Part shown: positions 24,078 through 35,850 of the stretch, in pieces
Numbering within the stretch: the first letter of the stretch is position 1
Layout of the letters: every line of letters starts with the position of its first letter
Origin: Oopsacas minuta
Taxonomy: Eukaryota > Animalia > Porifera
Length of the DNA: 64,000 bases
Reading direction: 5' to 3'
NCBI GenBank assembly: GCA_024704765.1
Contig: JAKMXF010000244.1
Coordinates: 611,905 to 675,904 of the forward strand
Position numbers and translations under genes: made by a program
Notes under the pieces: model-generated
Seen by the model: the letters and a program-made list of their open reading frames with translations, nothing else
Database searches by the model: none
What the model was told of the DNA's origin: nothing

Positions 24078-25392
24078 CAGGGTGGCTTTTAAGTTCTGTC
24101 CCATGATTTATAAGAACCATTTTTCCATGCTGAGTCTTTGCTATTAGATATATCTTATTAGTTTACCTTATTATACTGTATTTAACATAAATATACAGTT
24201 TCAGAGTACAATTGTAGAGAAATTTCAATTTTATTAGTGATGGAACGTGAGAGGTCGGCAATTGTAGAATTATTTACAAAAGGACATCCTTCAAGGGAAA
24301 TTTTGAAGATCCTGAAACTCCCTCTAAACAGAAGGAAATTTGTATACCGCACTATTAGGCGATACAAGGATACTGGAAAAGTTGAAGATAGGGCGAGATC
24401 AGGCCGTCCGTGCTCAGTAACCACCCCCAGCTTAGGGAAAGTCATCGCCCAGCGAATTCGCCGAAATCCTAGACGTTCCATAAGGAAAATGGCTCTAGAT
24501 CTGAAGGTATCAAGATGTGCAATGACTAAAATTGTGAAAAGGGATTTAGGGATGAGTTCATTCAAGCGTAAGAAGGTACACTTCCTTTCTCAATTGGTAA
24601 AGGAAAAAAGGGTTGCAAGATGCAAAGGTGCGTTGGGCCGGTACGCTGTTGAAAATCTAGAAAAAATATTATTTTCAGATGAGAAAATATTCACCATCCA
24701 GGAAGCAACCAATGTACAAAATGATCGTATACTTGCATCATCTCCTTCCAAAGTCGACGAGAAGTTCAGATATGTTAGCCGAATACAGAACCCTAAGTCG
24801 GTGATGGTTTGGGCAGGGCTGTCAAAAATGGGCCGGACACCATTGGTTTTTGTACCACAAGGGGTAAAAATCAATTCAATTAATTATCGAGAAATGGTTT
24901 TGGAGCCAGTATTGAAGAATATAGGCCGAGACATGTTCGGAGGTACTTCATTTGTTTTCCAGCAAGACGGGGCGCCAGCACACACTTCTAATGTTACCCA
25001 GTCATGGTTACATGACAATTTTCCTGGTTTTATAACCAAGGAAGGATGGCCTCCTTACAGTCCTGACCTGAATCCCATGGATTATTCTGTGTGGTCAATT
25101 CTCGAGACGAAAGCTTGTGTTAACTCTCACACAAGTATCAAGTCACTGAAGAGGAAACTTTGCCAAGAGTGGAATAAAATTCCCCAAAAAACCCTCCGTG
25201 CTGCTATTGAGGCCTTGCCAGATCGAATTACACGTGTAATACAAAATGAGGGAGGCTATATTGAATAAAATTCGCGAAATATGTTTTGTCTCTGAATCAT
25301 AAATTAGAGCAATAAATATCATTACCAAGCTATATATATATATATTGATAAATAATAGTTTTTGCATGGGACATAACTTAAAAGCCACCCTG
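24078..25392 (+). mobile_element. Intact maT (DD37D) element, 1315 bp
   Basis: 28-bp TIRs CAGGGTGGCTTTTAAGTT.TGTCCCATG with 1 mismatch. TA TSD. Uninterrupted ORF. Confidence 0.96.
24237..25268 (+). CDS. DD37D transposase, 343 aa, complete
   Basis: HTH region with GRP motif, FSDEK, FQQDGAPAH, and SPDLNPMD with 37 residues between D2 and D3. Confidence 0.95.
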   Translation: MMERERSAIVELFTKGHPSREILKILKLPLNRRKFVYRTIRRYKDTGKVEDRARSGRPCSVTTPSLGKVIAQRIRRNPRRSIRKMALDLKVSRCAMTKIVKRDLGMSSFKRKKVHFLSQLVKEKRVARCKGALGRYAVENLEKILFSDEKIFTIQEATNVQNDRILASSPSKVDEKFRYVSRIQNPKSVMVWAGLSKMGRTPLVFVPQGVKINSINYREMVLEPVLKNIGRDMFGGTSFVFQQDGAPAHTSNVTQSWLHDNFPGFITKEGWPPYSPDLNPMDYSVWSILETKACVNSHTSIKSLKRKLCQEWNKIPQKTLRAAIEALPDRITRVIQNEGGYIE

Positions 25393-25607
25393 TACATTTA
25401 TCTTAGCATACTTTTGAATGCTGAACTCGAATCTGCAATCAGAATTTCTCTAGCACGTCTAGTTATTCTGAAATCCAGTATCCATTTTTTCAATAGTATA
25501 GTATTACCTAGTTACTAAATTCCTATATGAGCATGCCTATTTTGATTCAATTATCTGGAATATAAATGACTTTACTTATTTGAATTCAAGCCAATCAAAT
25601 TATAAAC

Positions 25608-27268
25608 ATGCATCGTAATTGTAGAACTCATCTTGACAATTTCAGTTACGTTTGTGGTCTTTTTTGCGTAAAATCACAAAGGCGACCAATCACAAATCAA
25701 TTAAAGAACATATACAATTGTACTTCGAATGTCCACTTGGTGACCAAGACAAGTCGTGGACACCACATGTTATATGCACTTCTTGTTCAAGTGGACTACG
25801 TGATTGGTTGAACAAAAGGAAAGTTTCAATGCCATTTGCAATACCCATGGTCTGGGGGGAACAGAAAAATCACCTTGATGATTGTTACTTTTGTCTTATC
25901 GACATTACAGGATTCTCAGCCAAGAATAAGCACGCTCTTGTTTACCCAGACTTGGATTCTGCTCGCAGGCCAATTCCACATGATATCTCATTACCAATCC
26001 CAATTCCCAAGCCACAGCAAATTAAAATCGTGTCTGATATGGTGGAAGATGTTTATGCAGATTCTACAGATGCTAATTATGTCCCGGAAGATGAATTACT
26101 AGAGCCATAAACATTTACACAGGGAGAATTGGATGACCTGGTCAGGATCTAGACTTATCTACAGACAAAGCTAAACTCCTTGCATCCAGGCTCAAACAGA
26201 AAAACCTACTCGACAAAGATGTCCTAGTATCCCACTATCGCAGCGAAATTTCGATCTCGCTCAATACTGCACCACTGATGATCCACTGTGCTATTGTAAT
26301 GATATAGAAGGACTCTATGTAAACCTATTACAAGAACATTCTTCCTCTGATTGGCGCCTTTTCATCGACTCGTCAAAACGCAGTTTGAAAGCAGTTCTGT
26401 TGCATACGGAAATCTAAAGCCTGGCGTTCCAATTGCTCACTCCGTCTATCTCAAAGAAACCTTCGTCAATTTGCAGGAAGTTTTGGAGGCAATACAGTAT
26501 AGAACACATATATGGAATATCTGCGGTGATCTTAAGATAATCGGGCTATTGATGGGCTTGCAACAAGGTTTTACAAAGTATTGTTGTTTCCTATGTCTAT
26601 GGGACAGCCGAGCAACTGATGAACATTATAAAAAATGTGATTGGCCGAAGAGAACCTATGAAGTGGGGAAAACCAATTTACAGCATTCGCCATTGGTAGA
26701 TCCAAACAAAGTTTTCTTACCCCCACTTCATATTAAACTTGGATTAATGAAAACATTCATTAAAACAATGGGCAAAACAAATTTAGCAGGATTTCTGCAT
26801 TTGGTAGGCAAATTTCCGAAACTAAGCGAGGCAAAGTTAAAAGAGGGAGTATTTGTAGGACCACAAATCAGACAAGTATTCAGAGATCCAGATTTCGAGA
26901 AGACATTATCCGAATTAGAAATGAGTGCTTGGAATTCTTTCAAATGGGTTTGTGAAAACTTTTTGGGCAACAAGAAGTCATCCAACTACAGAGAAGGAGT
27001 GGAAACCTTGCTTAACGCATACGAGAAGATGGGCTGTCGCATGTCGCTAAAACTTCACTTCTTGCACCCCCACCTTGAATTTTTCCCTGAGAACCTTGGT
27101 GCTGTAAGTGATGAACAGGGTGAGAGATTCCACCAAGACATACAAGAGATGGAAACCCGATACCAAGGTTTCTGGAATGAGGGCATGATGTCCGATTACT
27201 GTTGGAGGCTCTTCAGAGATAATCCCAACAAGATTTATAAAAGGAAGTCGTACTCTCAACACTTTTAA
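25608..27268 (+). pseudogene. Chapaev3 transposase, frameshifted
   Basis: Chapa zinc-finger region LGDQDKSWTPH..CTSC..DDCYFC. Core motifs FIDSSKRSLKAVL, ICGDLK, CFLCLWDSRA, LPPLHIKLG and SDEQGERFHQD. Confidence 0.88.
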
Positions 27269-28259
27269 TTTAGTTAGCTACCTTTATACTTCTAGATGGA
27301 TATGTATTTCCCCTTAGTTTGTGAGTAGTTGATACATGCATGAATGTGAATAACTATATGTAAGAGCTAGGATGATAACTGATATTATCTTGGCAAATCT
27401 AAAACATTGAAACTTTGATTTCTCTCAGATGGCTATCATGTAAGAAGACAAAAAGACAGCCACTACCATAAAATAACAGGAAAAATTTAGGAAATACATA
27501 AAAATCGTTGACTTGTAGATGGAAAATAATTGGACGTGCTGGAAAGAATCTGAAAGCAGATTTGAATTCAGCGTAAAAAACTAGCTTAGAAAATGTCAAT
27601 CTAATACTTGATGAGAAAATGAAGTTAAATTTTGTTGACCTGTGCTATTAACTTTGTTTAAAAGTGGCACTATTAATAGGAGGTACTAAGTGTATTGGGA
27701 TCAAACCGAGCCTTTCATGGTGCCACTTTTCAAGCAAATATAATTAATAGACTAAGCTGCGGGCACAGGTTGTATTTTATATTTTTCCTCTCTCCCTCGG
27801 ATACAACACACATCAAACAATGTATTTACAAGTTGCTATGATCAGACAGTTCATTTAATGTTCAATTTGTTTTGGCAGTAATTATTGGTTGACTAAATAA
27901 TACTAATAGTAGGGAACACAAAGAGTGATTTACTTAATTTGAATCAAGACTGAGTCCAAAGCAAACACGAAGTATTTAGAGCAGTTCAGCGCGAGGAAGT
28001 GAACCGCGCTCGTGTCCATGAAATGTTGGAGAGTACTCCGTCATCCAAAATTCCATTTTAAGTAGTTTCACCAGGCAATAAGTGTTATAATTGGATACGT
28101 CTAAATTATTACGAAAGTATCTAATCTTGAATAACCATAATAATATTTTATATTGCATATAGAAACCCCGTATTGAAATAGCTAATCAGTCTAAGCTCCA
28201 AATCCTTGGTTAGTCAAATACACCAGGATGGAGGCGGGGGAAATTTAGTCCCAGCAGTT

Positions 28260-29800
28260 AAAAAACGAAGAAAATTGAAGTATTAACGAGGATGGGCTTC
28301 ACAGTAAAATTGGAGAAATCAGTAACAATCCCCACACAGTCGCTAGTGCCCCTGAAGTTACGAATATATACTGTAGAAATGGCCATCCACATTCCAGTTT
28401 CAACATTGCTAACTATTCGTGAAGCAAGCACAGAAGTTGAAGACCAAGTATTCTTGCACACTCCGAACTCTCCTAACCATTCAGGGCTCCCTCACCAAAC
28501 AAGGGGGTATAGCCACAGCCCATTGCACTACAGAGGACTCCAGGGGGTGGCTGCAGATCTGCTCAGGAGGAATCCCTCCAATTACAATCATGCTATCTCT
28601 CTCCAACACGAAGAGATAGAGGATTTATAATGATGAATAAGCTTATCCAACCTCTTCAACGGAGCTTCAGTAATCAACCCTCCGATCTCTCAAGAGATTA
28701 CAACAGAGGCCAGTGTGACAGGTTGGGGTGTAACGACAGACACACACAAGCTTCGGGAGTTTGGAGTATGTAAGAAACGCAGAGCCAATCAACTTATTAG
28801 ACGTGAAGGCAGCGTTCTTTGACTTCAACTCTTTTCCAAGCCCAACACCCATGTCATAGTTCGAATAGACAATAAAGCAGCCGTGGCATAACAACAAGAA
28901 GGTGATCTTCCGATGACTTAACCTATGCTTGACTGCTCTCCTCCTTTGGGTGTTTCAAGAGGGGAATACTTGCAACCGCGGAGAATCTCCCGGGGAAGAC
29001 CAGACACGACTGGAGCGAATGGAAATTAAATCCAGGAATATTTCAGGAAGTTTTACTTCGTTTCTCCCTCAAGCCCATCATAGATCTATTTGCCAGTCGA
29101 TTAACCTATCAGCTGTCAACTTTTGTAAGTTGGAAGAAGGACCCCACGGCTATAACGATCAATGCTATCACTCTGAATTGGTGTCAGATACAATCTCCTT
29201 ACATGTTTCCACCCTTTATCTTATAGGGAGAACCTTAGCCAAGATGTCACAGTACCTAAGAGGGTGGGCTGATAATAATTCCATACTCGCCGAGTCGCCC
29301 TTGGTGGCCAATCCTGTTGAGTCAGTTAATAGCCACACCACTACTCAGACTTAACAGCTTTTGACACTCGTTATATTGACATGAAGGACCATTATGCAGT
29401 GGCATACTTATCTCACCTCTACTTAGTTTCATGATTAAGCAGATGATAATTAACGAATTTAGAGAAGATGCTACTATCTGCCCTCAGTCCGCCTTACAAA
29501 ATTATATGGATAAATCAAAAGACCTACGATTCCCAGATTCTTACCACTTGTTTATGTCATTTATGATACCTTTCAAACCCATCTCCCCAGCTACAATATG
29601 AAGATGGCTTAAAACCTTACTCGATCAGGCAGGAATTGACACCACAATTTTCCATACCCATTCAACCAGATCAGCTCCTACGTCAGCTGCACTCAGGAAA
29701 GGAGATAACATACAAGATACCCTACGAGTAGGAGACTGGACGAATGCAAGAACATTCCAGAAGTATTCTCTCCAAGAACCCATAGACTCCACACCTTCAG
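28260..29800 (+). mobile_element. DIRS1-like tyrosine-recombinase retrotransposon remnant
   Basis: RT fragment GFTVKLEKSVTIPTQ. RNase H fragment INLLDVKAA..VRIDNKAAVA. Methyltransferase-like DLFASRL..SW..MFPP. Recombinase RWLK..AGID..HSTRSA..W..TFQKY. Confidence 0.8.
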
Positions 29801-29974
29801 GCTTTGTTAGCACTGATTTAGTACCAAGCAGTACAGTGGTAATAGTAGTGATTAGATAATTTCTGCACCATTATATTAGAGTGCATAATAGCATATAATT
29901 TATTTAGAATCTCAAGAGTGTTAAACGTCTGCATCCAATTATAACACTTATTTTTTGGGAAACATTTTAAATTG

Positions 29975-30272
29975 AATTATCGATTCGACTAACCTGTGGG
30001 CAACTTTGGATCGGAATTCTATGAGAATTGTGTAACCAGACAATAAAATCCCACCTACCTCACCCCTTTACTTCAAATTCAATTCTTTACCACTTAGACA
30101 GGTTAGCTAATTCAATACTATATGCAATAGAAAATATGTGATGATGGTTATTTAAGAGTAAATAAAGTTGCGATCATTTAGACATGTCAAATTATAATAC
30201 TTATTGTCTGGTTATATATTTCTCATAGATTTCCGATCCAATGTCACCCTCAGGTTAGTCGAATCGATAATT
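29975..30272. mobile_element. MITE-like foldback (~298 bp, ~72-bp IRs)
   Basis: aattatcgattcgactaacctg..ggatcgga..ctatgagaa..taaccagacaataa occurs at both ends in inverted orientation. Confidence 0.75.
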
Positions 30273-30299
30273 GTCCCCGTCCAAAGCAAAGTTCAAGTA

Positions 30300-31770
30300 T
30301 TCTCATAAAGAGATTTCTGGTTGTATGCGATCTACACGAATTTTATAAAACATTTTCAGCCTAATCATTTTCTGAAGTACCAGGAATTTAAGGATCATAA
30401 AGAACTATTGAGTGAAAATCCACAAAAACCTAAAATTTTCTCCACTTCGACCAAAAATATTCTTCTCAATATCTGCACCAGCTTGTTATCACTGATGCAC
30501 TTGTAAACTTGATCCCACTTTCCATCGTAGAGAGCCCAAAGTTTCATTCTTTCACTTGGAAATTAGATCCTAAATGCTAATTGCCAACTCGTAAGCATCT
30601 CTCCAAGAAATCCTCGCAAAGAATTTGAAATAGTTCATAGTATATCTCTAACTACGACCTCGGGCCTAATAGGCAAATGAAGACCTACATTGGTATCACT
30701 TCATATTCTGTAATGGTGGCATGTCATCGATTTCAAGGAAAACATCGGCATGTAATATATATGAAATAATCCAAGGTTTGTTGTTTCTTACAAATCAGTA
30801 ATAAAATTTCATCAATCACAGACAACGCACCAAATAGGGTAAAGGCCTTTAGTCTTCCTGGATATCTAAATACCTACCAGGAATCAGATTGTAGCGAAAT
30901 TGAGGATGATAATGATATTGATAACCACAGCGAACAATTTAACGATAATGAACATGATGTACTTGACTTGCTTCCTCCAACTCGTAGCTCTTGTTTTGGG
31001 TACACATTCTCCAACTCGTAGTAAAGGATGGCCTAAACAATGCAGGTATGTTTACCAAAGCTATCTCCATACTCTTTGAAGAATTTTGTCGAAATTCTAC
31101 CACCTTTTGAGGAGGCAACAATTATCACTTGAATTGACAACACGGTTCCTCAAGTTTAGTTATCCCATCCGTTCGAAATTTACGCATATACAATTTCGAA
31201 TTTTGTTCACAAAATCCAATTGTCTCGAAAATCCCTTGCTGATTTACTTGAATGTCGCCCTTCCGTGTATGAGAGTAGGAAATTTACACAATAGCATATA
31301 CCTTTGATCGCTTAAATTGAGGTGGTGTAAGACTGGAAGTGAACGATGTTGTCAAAAGGTATACTCTTATCTAAGATGCCGTGTATTTGAAGCAGCAATA
31401 GCTCCCTCGCCAATGATTGTACAACTGAGCAACAGTGAATCCACATAGCCAAACAGTAAATCACTATTTTCATTTATGGAGTCTGATGAAGATCATACAA
31501 CATTTCTTGGCACTAGTGAATCCGAGATAGATAACTATATTATCAAGAACACCATTCCTGATTATTCTGATCCTTTATCTTTTTGCAAGATAATCAAAAC
31601 ACTTTCCCAAAACTTGCAGCATTGGCAAAGAAATATTTAGCAATACCTGCATCATCTGCACCGGTTGAACGACTTTTAGTTTCGGTAGGAAAAATTTCCT
31701 CCCGGATAGGTGCAATATGTCTAACTAAAGATTTGAAATGCTAATGTTCCTCAAATGCCATCTCAAATAT
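30300..31770 (+). mobile_element. Degenerate hAT (Ac/ZBED-like) transposase remnant
   Basis: FPKLAALAKKYLAIPASSAPVERLF dimerisation motif at ~31600-31680. LIPLSIVESPKF near 30510. Confidence 0.75.
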
Positions 31771-32027
31771 AGTCTTTGTATAATTTGAGATATGCCTAAA
31801 CTTTGTTTACTATTTTTCATAAACAGAAGAAATATATTACACATATTGAAATAATTGAAATTTCGATTCAGGATCTTGGATATTTTAAACCCAGATTTAG
31901 GGATTTTATTTCCTTGCATGACAAACACTATACACAATGCGAGCTACAAAATTCCACTCAAAATTGCATTCGCAAAGGAACAAATATCTCTCCAGAAACA
32001 TATCTATCCACACTCACACACCCATAG

Positions 32028-32505
32028 CGGGCCGTAGCCAGAGCGTAGTGTTAGGAGGGGTTAAGTAAACTTTAGGGGGGCTTGGATACCTAAGATTTTT
32101 ATATCCATTTTTGGGGTAGGCCCATACCCAAACTCCCAAGCTACTTTCGGAAGGTAAAATTACTTAGTTCATAAATAGTGTTTCTATGTATGGTGATTAT
32201 AGCCATGAGGAATGATTTCACTATTCGCACATATAATGTAATCAAACTGGAAGAATATGTTGTGATCAAATAAAACAAAAATAAAATTTCAATGGCCACT
32301 GTAGAAGCATCCATATAATTAAGTATCTTTACTAGTAAGAGAAATTAGAAAACTTAAATGTATAGTCAATTTGACAATTTCACAAAGATTCTCTTGATTA
32401 AACTAATATTTAAGATCTAAGATAGTAAAGATCAATATAGATTACCAAAAATTTACGAGGTGATTAAATTTGCTAGGGGGTTCAGCCCCTCTAGCTACGG
32501 CCCTG
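32028..32505. mobile_element. hAT-type MITE (478 bp)
   Basis: TIRs C(A)GGGCCGTAGC.AG. 8-bp TSD ACCCATAG at 32020-32027 and 32506-32513. Confidence 0.85.
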
Positions 32506-33169
32506 ACCCATAGGCGTCGTTACAAGGGGGCCGGGGGTGACTGCCCTCCCCAGAAAAACGTCAGGGGAAGTGGGCCTATATTGCCCCAGGATTGGCTACC
32601 TGAAGTAGGGTTTTTCAATATTATGAGTTGGTATATATATATAAAATAATAGTATATATAAATGTCTTTTCGATTGGTACTTGATGCCAGCGCTTGGCCT
32701 CTGCTCGCCCTCCCCCAGATTTTCATAAAAATTCGAAGTTCTATCCCTATGTAGACACCAATACAGAAACATATCATTCAGATATAATAACTAATAATAG
32801 TATACAGGCAAAGGAACGTATTTTTCATAAATGAGTTCACTTACATATCGAAATTCAATGAAGTTGTATACATAACATAATGTAAAGTTCAGTGGAAATA
32901 TATTTTGTGAAATCATAAGATCTATACAAAAATAAATATATATTCAGAAATCATACACAAGTTTAATTCTTTGGCTGAATAACGAAGCTTTAATTTACAA
33001 AAAATCTCGACGTGATGCACAAAATGGATACCGTTTATGGCCTCAGTGGTCAGGAATTAGCTAGAAAAAGTCATTGGTATGGTTTGTGTAAAGATTCTGT
33101 TGCCTAGTGTTATATGTCATGACCGTCATATCACCTATTGATTGTTCAGCAATTAAGATATCACATACT

Positions 33170-33600
33170 TCAGAAGCAATATGTAATCTAGCAATGCTCG
33201 GCTGCATCTTAAATTGTAGTGATTACTTCTTTTATATGCAGCTTCAATCTCGTTTTCTCTAAGGCTAGCTTGGCGTTTTCTTTAGTCGTCTAGCGGCCTG
33301 GCTCTTTCAGCCTCAGACTCGATCTATCTGAGGTTCAGCTGGTGTTTACGCTGATAATTCATCCTGTCAGCTGTTTGTTCTTGGCTTTCATTTTGTCTCC
33401 GAGTGTCCTGGTGTATAGGCTGAAATTTGTAGCTCCTATCACAATCTTGATCAAATTGGACCTCTCTGTGACCTCTGTCTCTCTTTTGTTTCTCAAGACG
33501 AATAACTCGCTATCTAGGTTTCTCATTCTCACGTTTCCAGCGCTTCCGCTCAGCTGTGGTGAGAAAGATTGGTTGAATATTATTTTCGACAAATCAAATC
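33170..33600 (-). mobile_element. Charged-repeat coding remnant, possibly a Helitron Rep N-terminus
   Basis: One minus frame reads AERKRWKRENE..RRQNESQEQTADRMNYQR..ESEAERAR with stops. No diagnostic Rep motif seen. Confidence 0.25.
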
Positions 33601-34890
33601 AACACGTATTATATATCAAAAGATTTCAAAACAATGTAGTTTTTAATAACTAAGTACAAATTTTGATCAATATATATATGTGAGATATATTAGTAGAACA
33701 ATATTCTCCTTAATTCATTATGAGTATACTAATTCCAAGGGACTTATTTGTAACCAAGTGGTGAGTAAAAGAACAAATATTCACAACAAGTAGTTGATAA
33801 GATCATATTCGGATTCTACGTACTTGATTACCCCTATATATCTGTTGAAAGCATTCTTTAATGAATACGTATATTACGAGATTTCAATCTATTTGTTTAC
33901 TTTATAGTCATAAAACAAACAAAAAATTTGTATATTGTTAATTCGAAAGTGTTAAAATCGGAAAACAGCATACTCGATTATCCCAATGTAATTGTTACTT
34001 TTCCTACATTAGGCATGCCAAGTAGCGGATCTATAAATTTCTAGTTGGGCGTAACCATCCAACTTGGCAGTGATGTCGTATGGTCTTGAAATCTGGGAGC
34101 ACAAGTTCAATCTGATGAACAACAAGTTCTAGATGAGAATTTATGGGCCCTGTAAACAGTCAGTAACGTCCAGGAGGGAAACCTATCTCAAGAAATTTAA
34201 TTATGGTTTGCAATTTGCCCAGAAGGTTGAAATTTTTCTGTCCATAGAGTAATGATGTGGAAGCTCGGAGAATATTTGAGTTAGATTGTGTAATATATGA
34301 TGATGAGGATAAGATGCGAGCGAAGCGAACCGAGATTTTACAGTTTTCAATGTGAGCCAAGGGGTCATGCACTGGACATGAGATATTAACAAGGGGACAT
34401 TGCCCCAGGCATCGAGATATACCTGGGGGGTGTAATGTCCCCCCACCATGGCGACGTCCCTGCTATTATACAGTATATATTAATGTGCAAAACAATCAAA
34501 TTTCGATATTTTTGAGGGTGTCATAATACTTGAGACATGAAGTGCCCAGATTCCAATCCTAAAGCCACGTAGCAGCTCCACATTATTACAAAAGGCCATT
34601 AAATGAATATTTATGAACCAAGAATATAATCAACTCAAATTTCCTTACTAAATTAACGAAGCACGGAGCCCCGAATATATTCGGTCGCGTAGCGACCCAA
34701 AGCCATCAAGAGATTAATGCTTAAGCTAATCTGAGGCACTAAAATCTGTCGCTCAGCGACCTAGCAAGCGAAGCCCACTAGTACATCATTATTTGACCGA
34801 AATATTAATCCTACTAGCCTAGCATACTTCTAATTCTCTCTGTCACGGTTTGTAAACTTGTGTTTTTAATATTTAATACATTTTCTTTAG

Positions 34891-35850
34891 ATCTCACACA
34901 AAAATTTCGAACATATTATTTCTACTTTTCAATCTTCATCTAATTATGATCTAACAAAAATTGATTGTACTTTACTACAGACTGATGCAGATATTTCCGA
35001 ATCATTACTACTGGAAGTCTATGAATACTGGTTCCGAAAAGCAAGAAAAATTATCCACCCTTCTGCAATATCTTTTACAGAAACTCCATATTCTGCATTT
35101 AGGAAACGAAACGATAGAATGATAACTCGCCGTTTTAGAAAATTCGATGAACAAAATTACGAAAAATTGGATCAGTTTGAGAAAACTTTTCAATTGTTTA
35201 ACCGAATAACTGAACTGATTTATACACGTGAAATCTTAAAAAATAAGCTGATTTCGCTTTTGAAGACTACTTTCTCTCAACGTAATAGGCATCATTGGTG
35301 GAAAGACGTTCCTATTTATTCTTCAGATTCCCAAATAGATACATACTTTGATAGTACTCCATGTTCGTTTACTTCCACTAGGATATGGGATTCAAATAGA
35401 ACAAATCCGTCCAAGAATCAAGATATCCAGCCCAACTTCCCTGGTGTTATGCAAATACATTCTCATGAGATTCTTGGTCCTAAGTTTACCAAATTGTCCT
35501 ATATTTCTGCTGATTTAATTAATGATGGATCCTCAGTTAACTTACCTTATTTATCTGCCCCAGATGGAAAATTTTCCTTTGTTTCTAATGATTCATCAAA
35601 ATACTTCCCACCATCCAAAACTATTGACACTCCATTATATCCAGTCTATTCCGGCAATGATAATTTGTATAGATCAATTAATAGATACTATCGAAAAAGA
35701 TCCAAAGATAGTAAGATTTCAAATCATAAATCTAGTGATATTCGCTCTATAATTACCCCATTGGAAAGGCCAGTAATATTTCCTGATAAAGTTTCTACAA
35801 TTAGTTGCTCTTCCAAAAGTACTTTACATTCGATATTTCGTTTACACTGA
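34891..35850 (+). CDS. EPC1: Enhancer of polycomb homolog, exon 2
   Basis: Open frame from the acceptor: ISHKNFEHII..LLLEVYEYWFRK..PYSAFRKRNDRMITRRFRKFDEQNYEKL, matching EPC EVYEYW and PYVAFRRRTEKMQTRKNRKNDE..YEKM. Stop at 35848-35850. Joined product is ~458 aa. Confidence 0.9.
   Translation: MSHKNFEHIISTFQSSSNYDLTKIDCTLLQTDADISESLLLEVYEYWFRKARKIIHPSAISFTETPYSAFRKRNDRMITRRFRKFDEQNYEKLDQFEKTFQLFNRITELIYTREILKNKLISLLKTTFSQRNRHHWWKDVPIYSSDSQIDTYFDSTPCSFTSTRIWDSNRTNPSKNQDIQPNFPGVMQIHSHEILGPKFTKLSYISADLINDGSSVNLPYLSAPDGKFSFVSNDSSKYFPPSKTIDTPLYPVYSGNDNLYRSINRYYRKRSKDSKISNHKSSDIRSIITPLERPVIFPDKVSTISCSSKSTLHSIFRLH

Larger units (their letters stand above)
24042..27644 (+). mobile_element. Chapaev3 (CMC) DNA transposon with a maT element inserted in its left end
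   Basis: Termini CACA..TCAACAA at 24042 and TTGTTGACCTGTG at 27644. Subterminal similarity resumes at 25395 after the maT insertion. Flanks are tta and cta (imperfect 3-bp TSD). Confidence 0.8.
18942..34890 (+). other. 15949-bp intron of the EPC gene
   Basis: GT donor at 18942 and polypyrimidine acceptor ttttctttag ending at 34890. The phase 0 join gives ..AHESYG|ISHKNFEHII, continuous with the EPcA domain. Confidence 0.85.

Noticed and set aside
24182-25397. Antisense ORFs over transposases (e.g. 24182-24565, 24590-24874; likewise 16483-16908, 41282-41500, 60625-61002)
   Set aside because: They are shadows of the opposite-strand transposase frames with no independent motifs.
35650-35700. 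SINRY peptide resembling the ALG2 SINRYERKK motif
   Set aside because: It is on the + strand inside the EPC reading frame, so coincidental.
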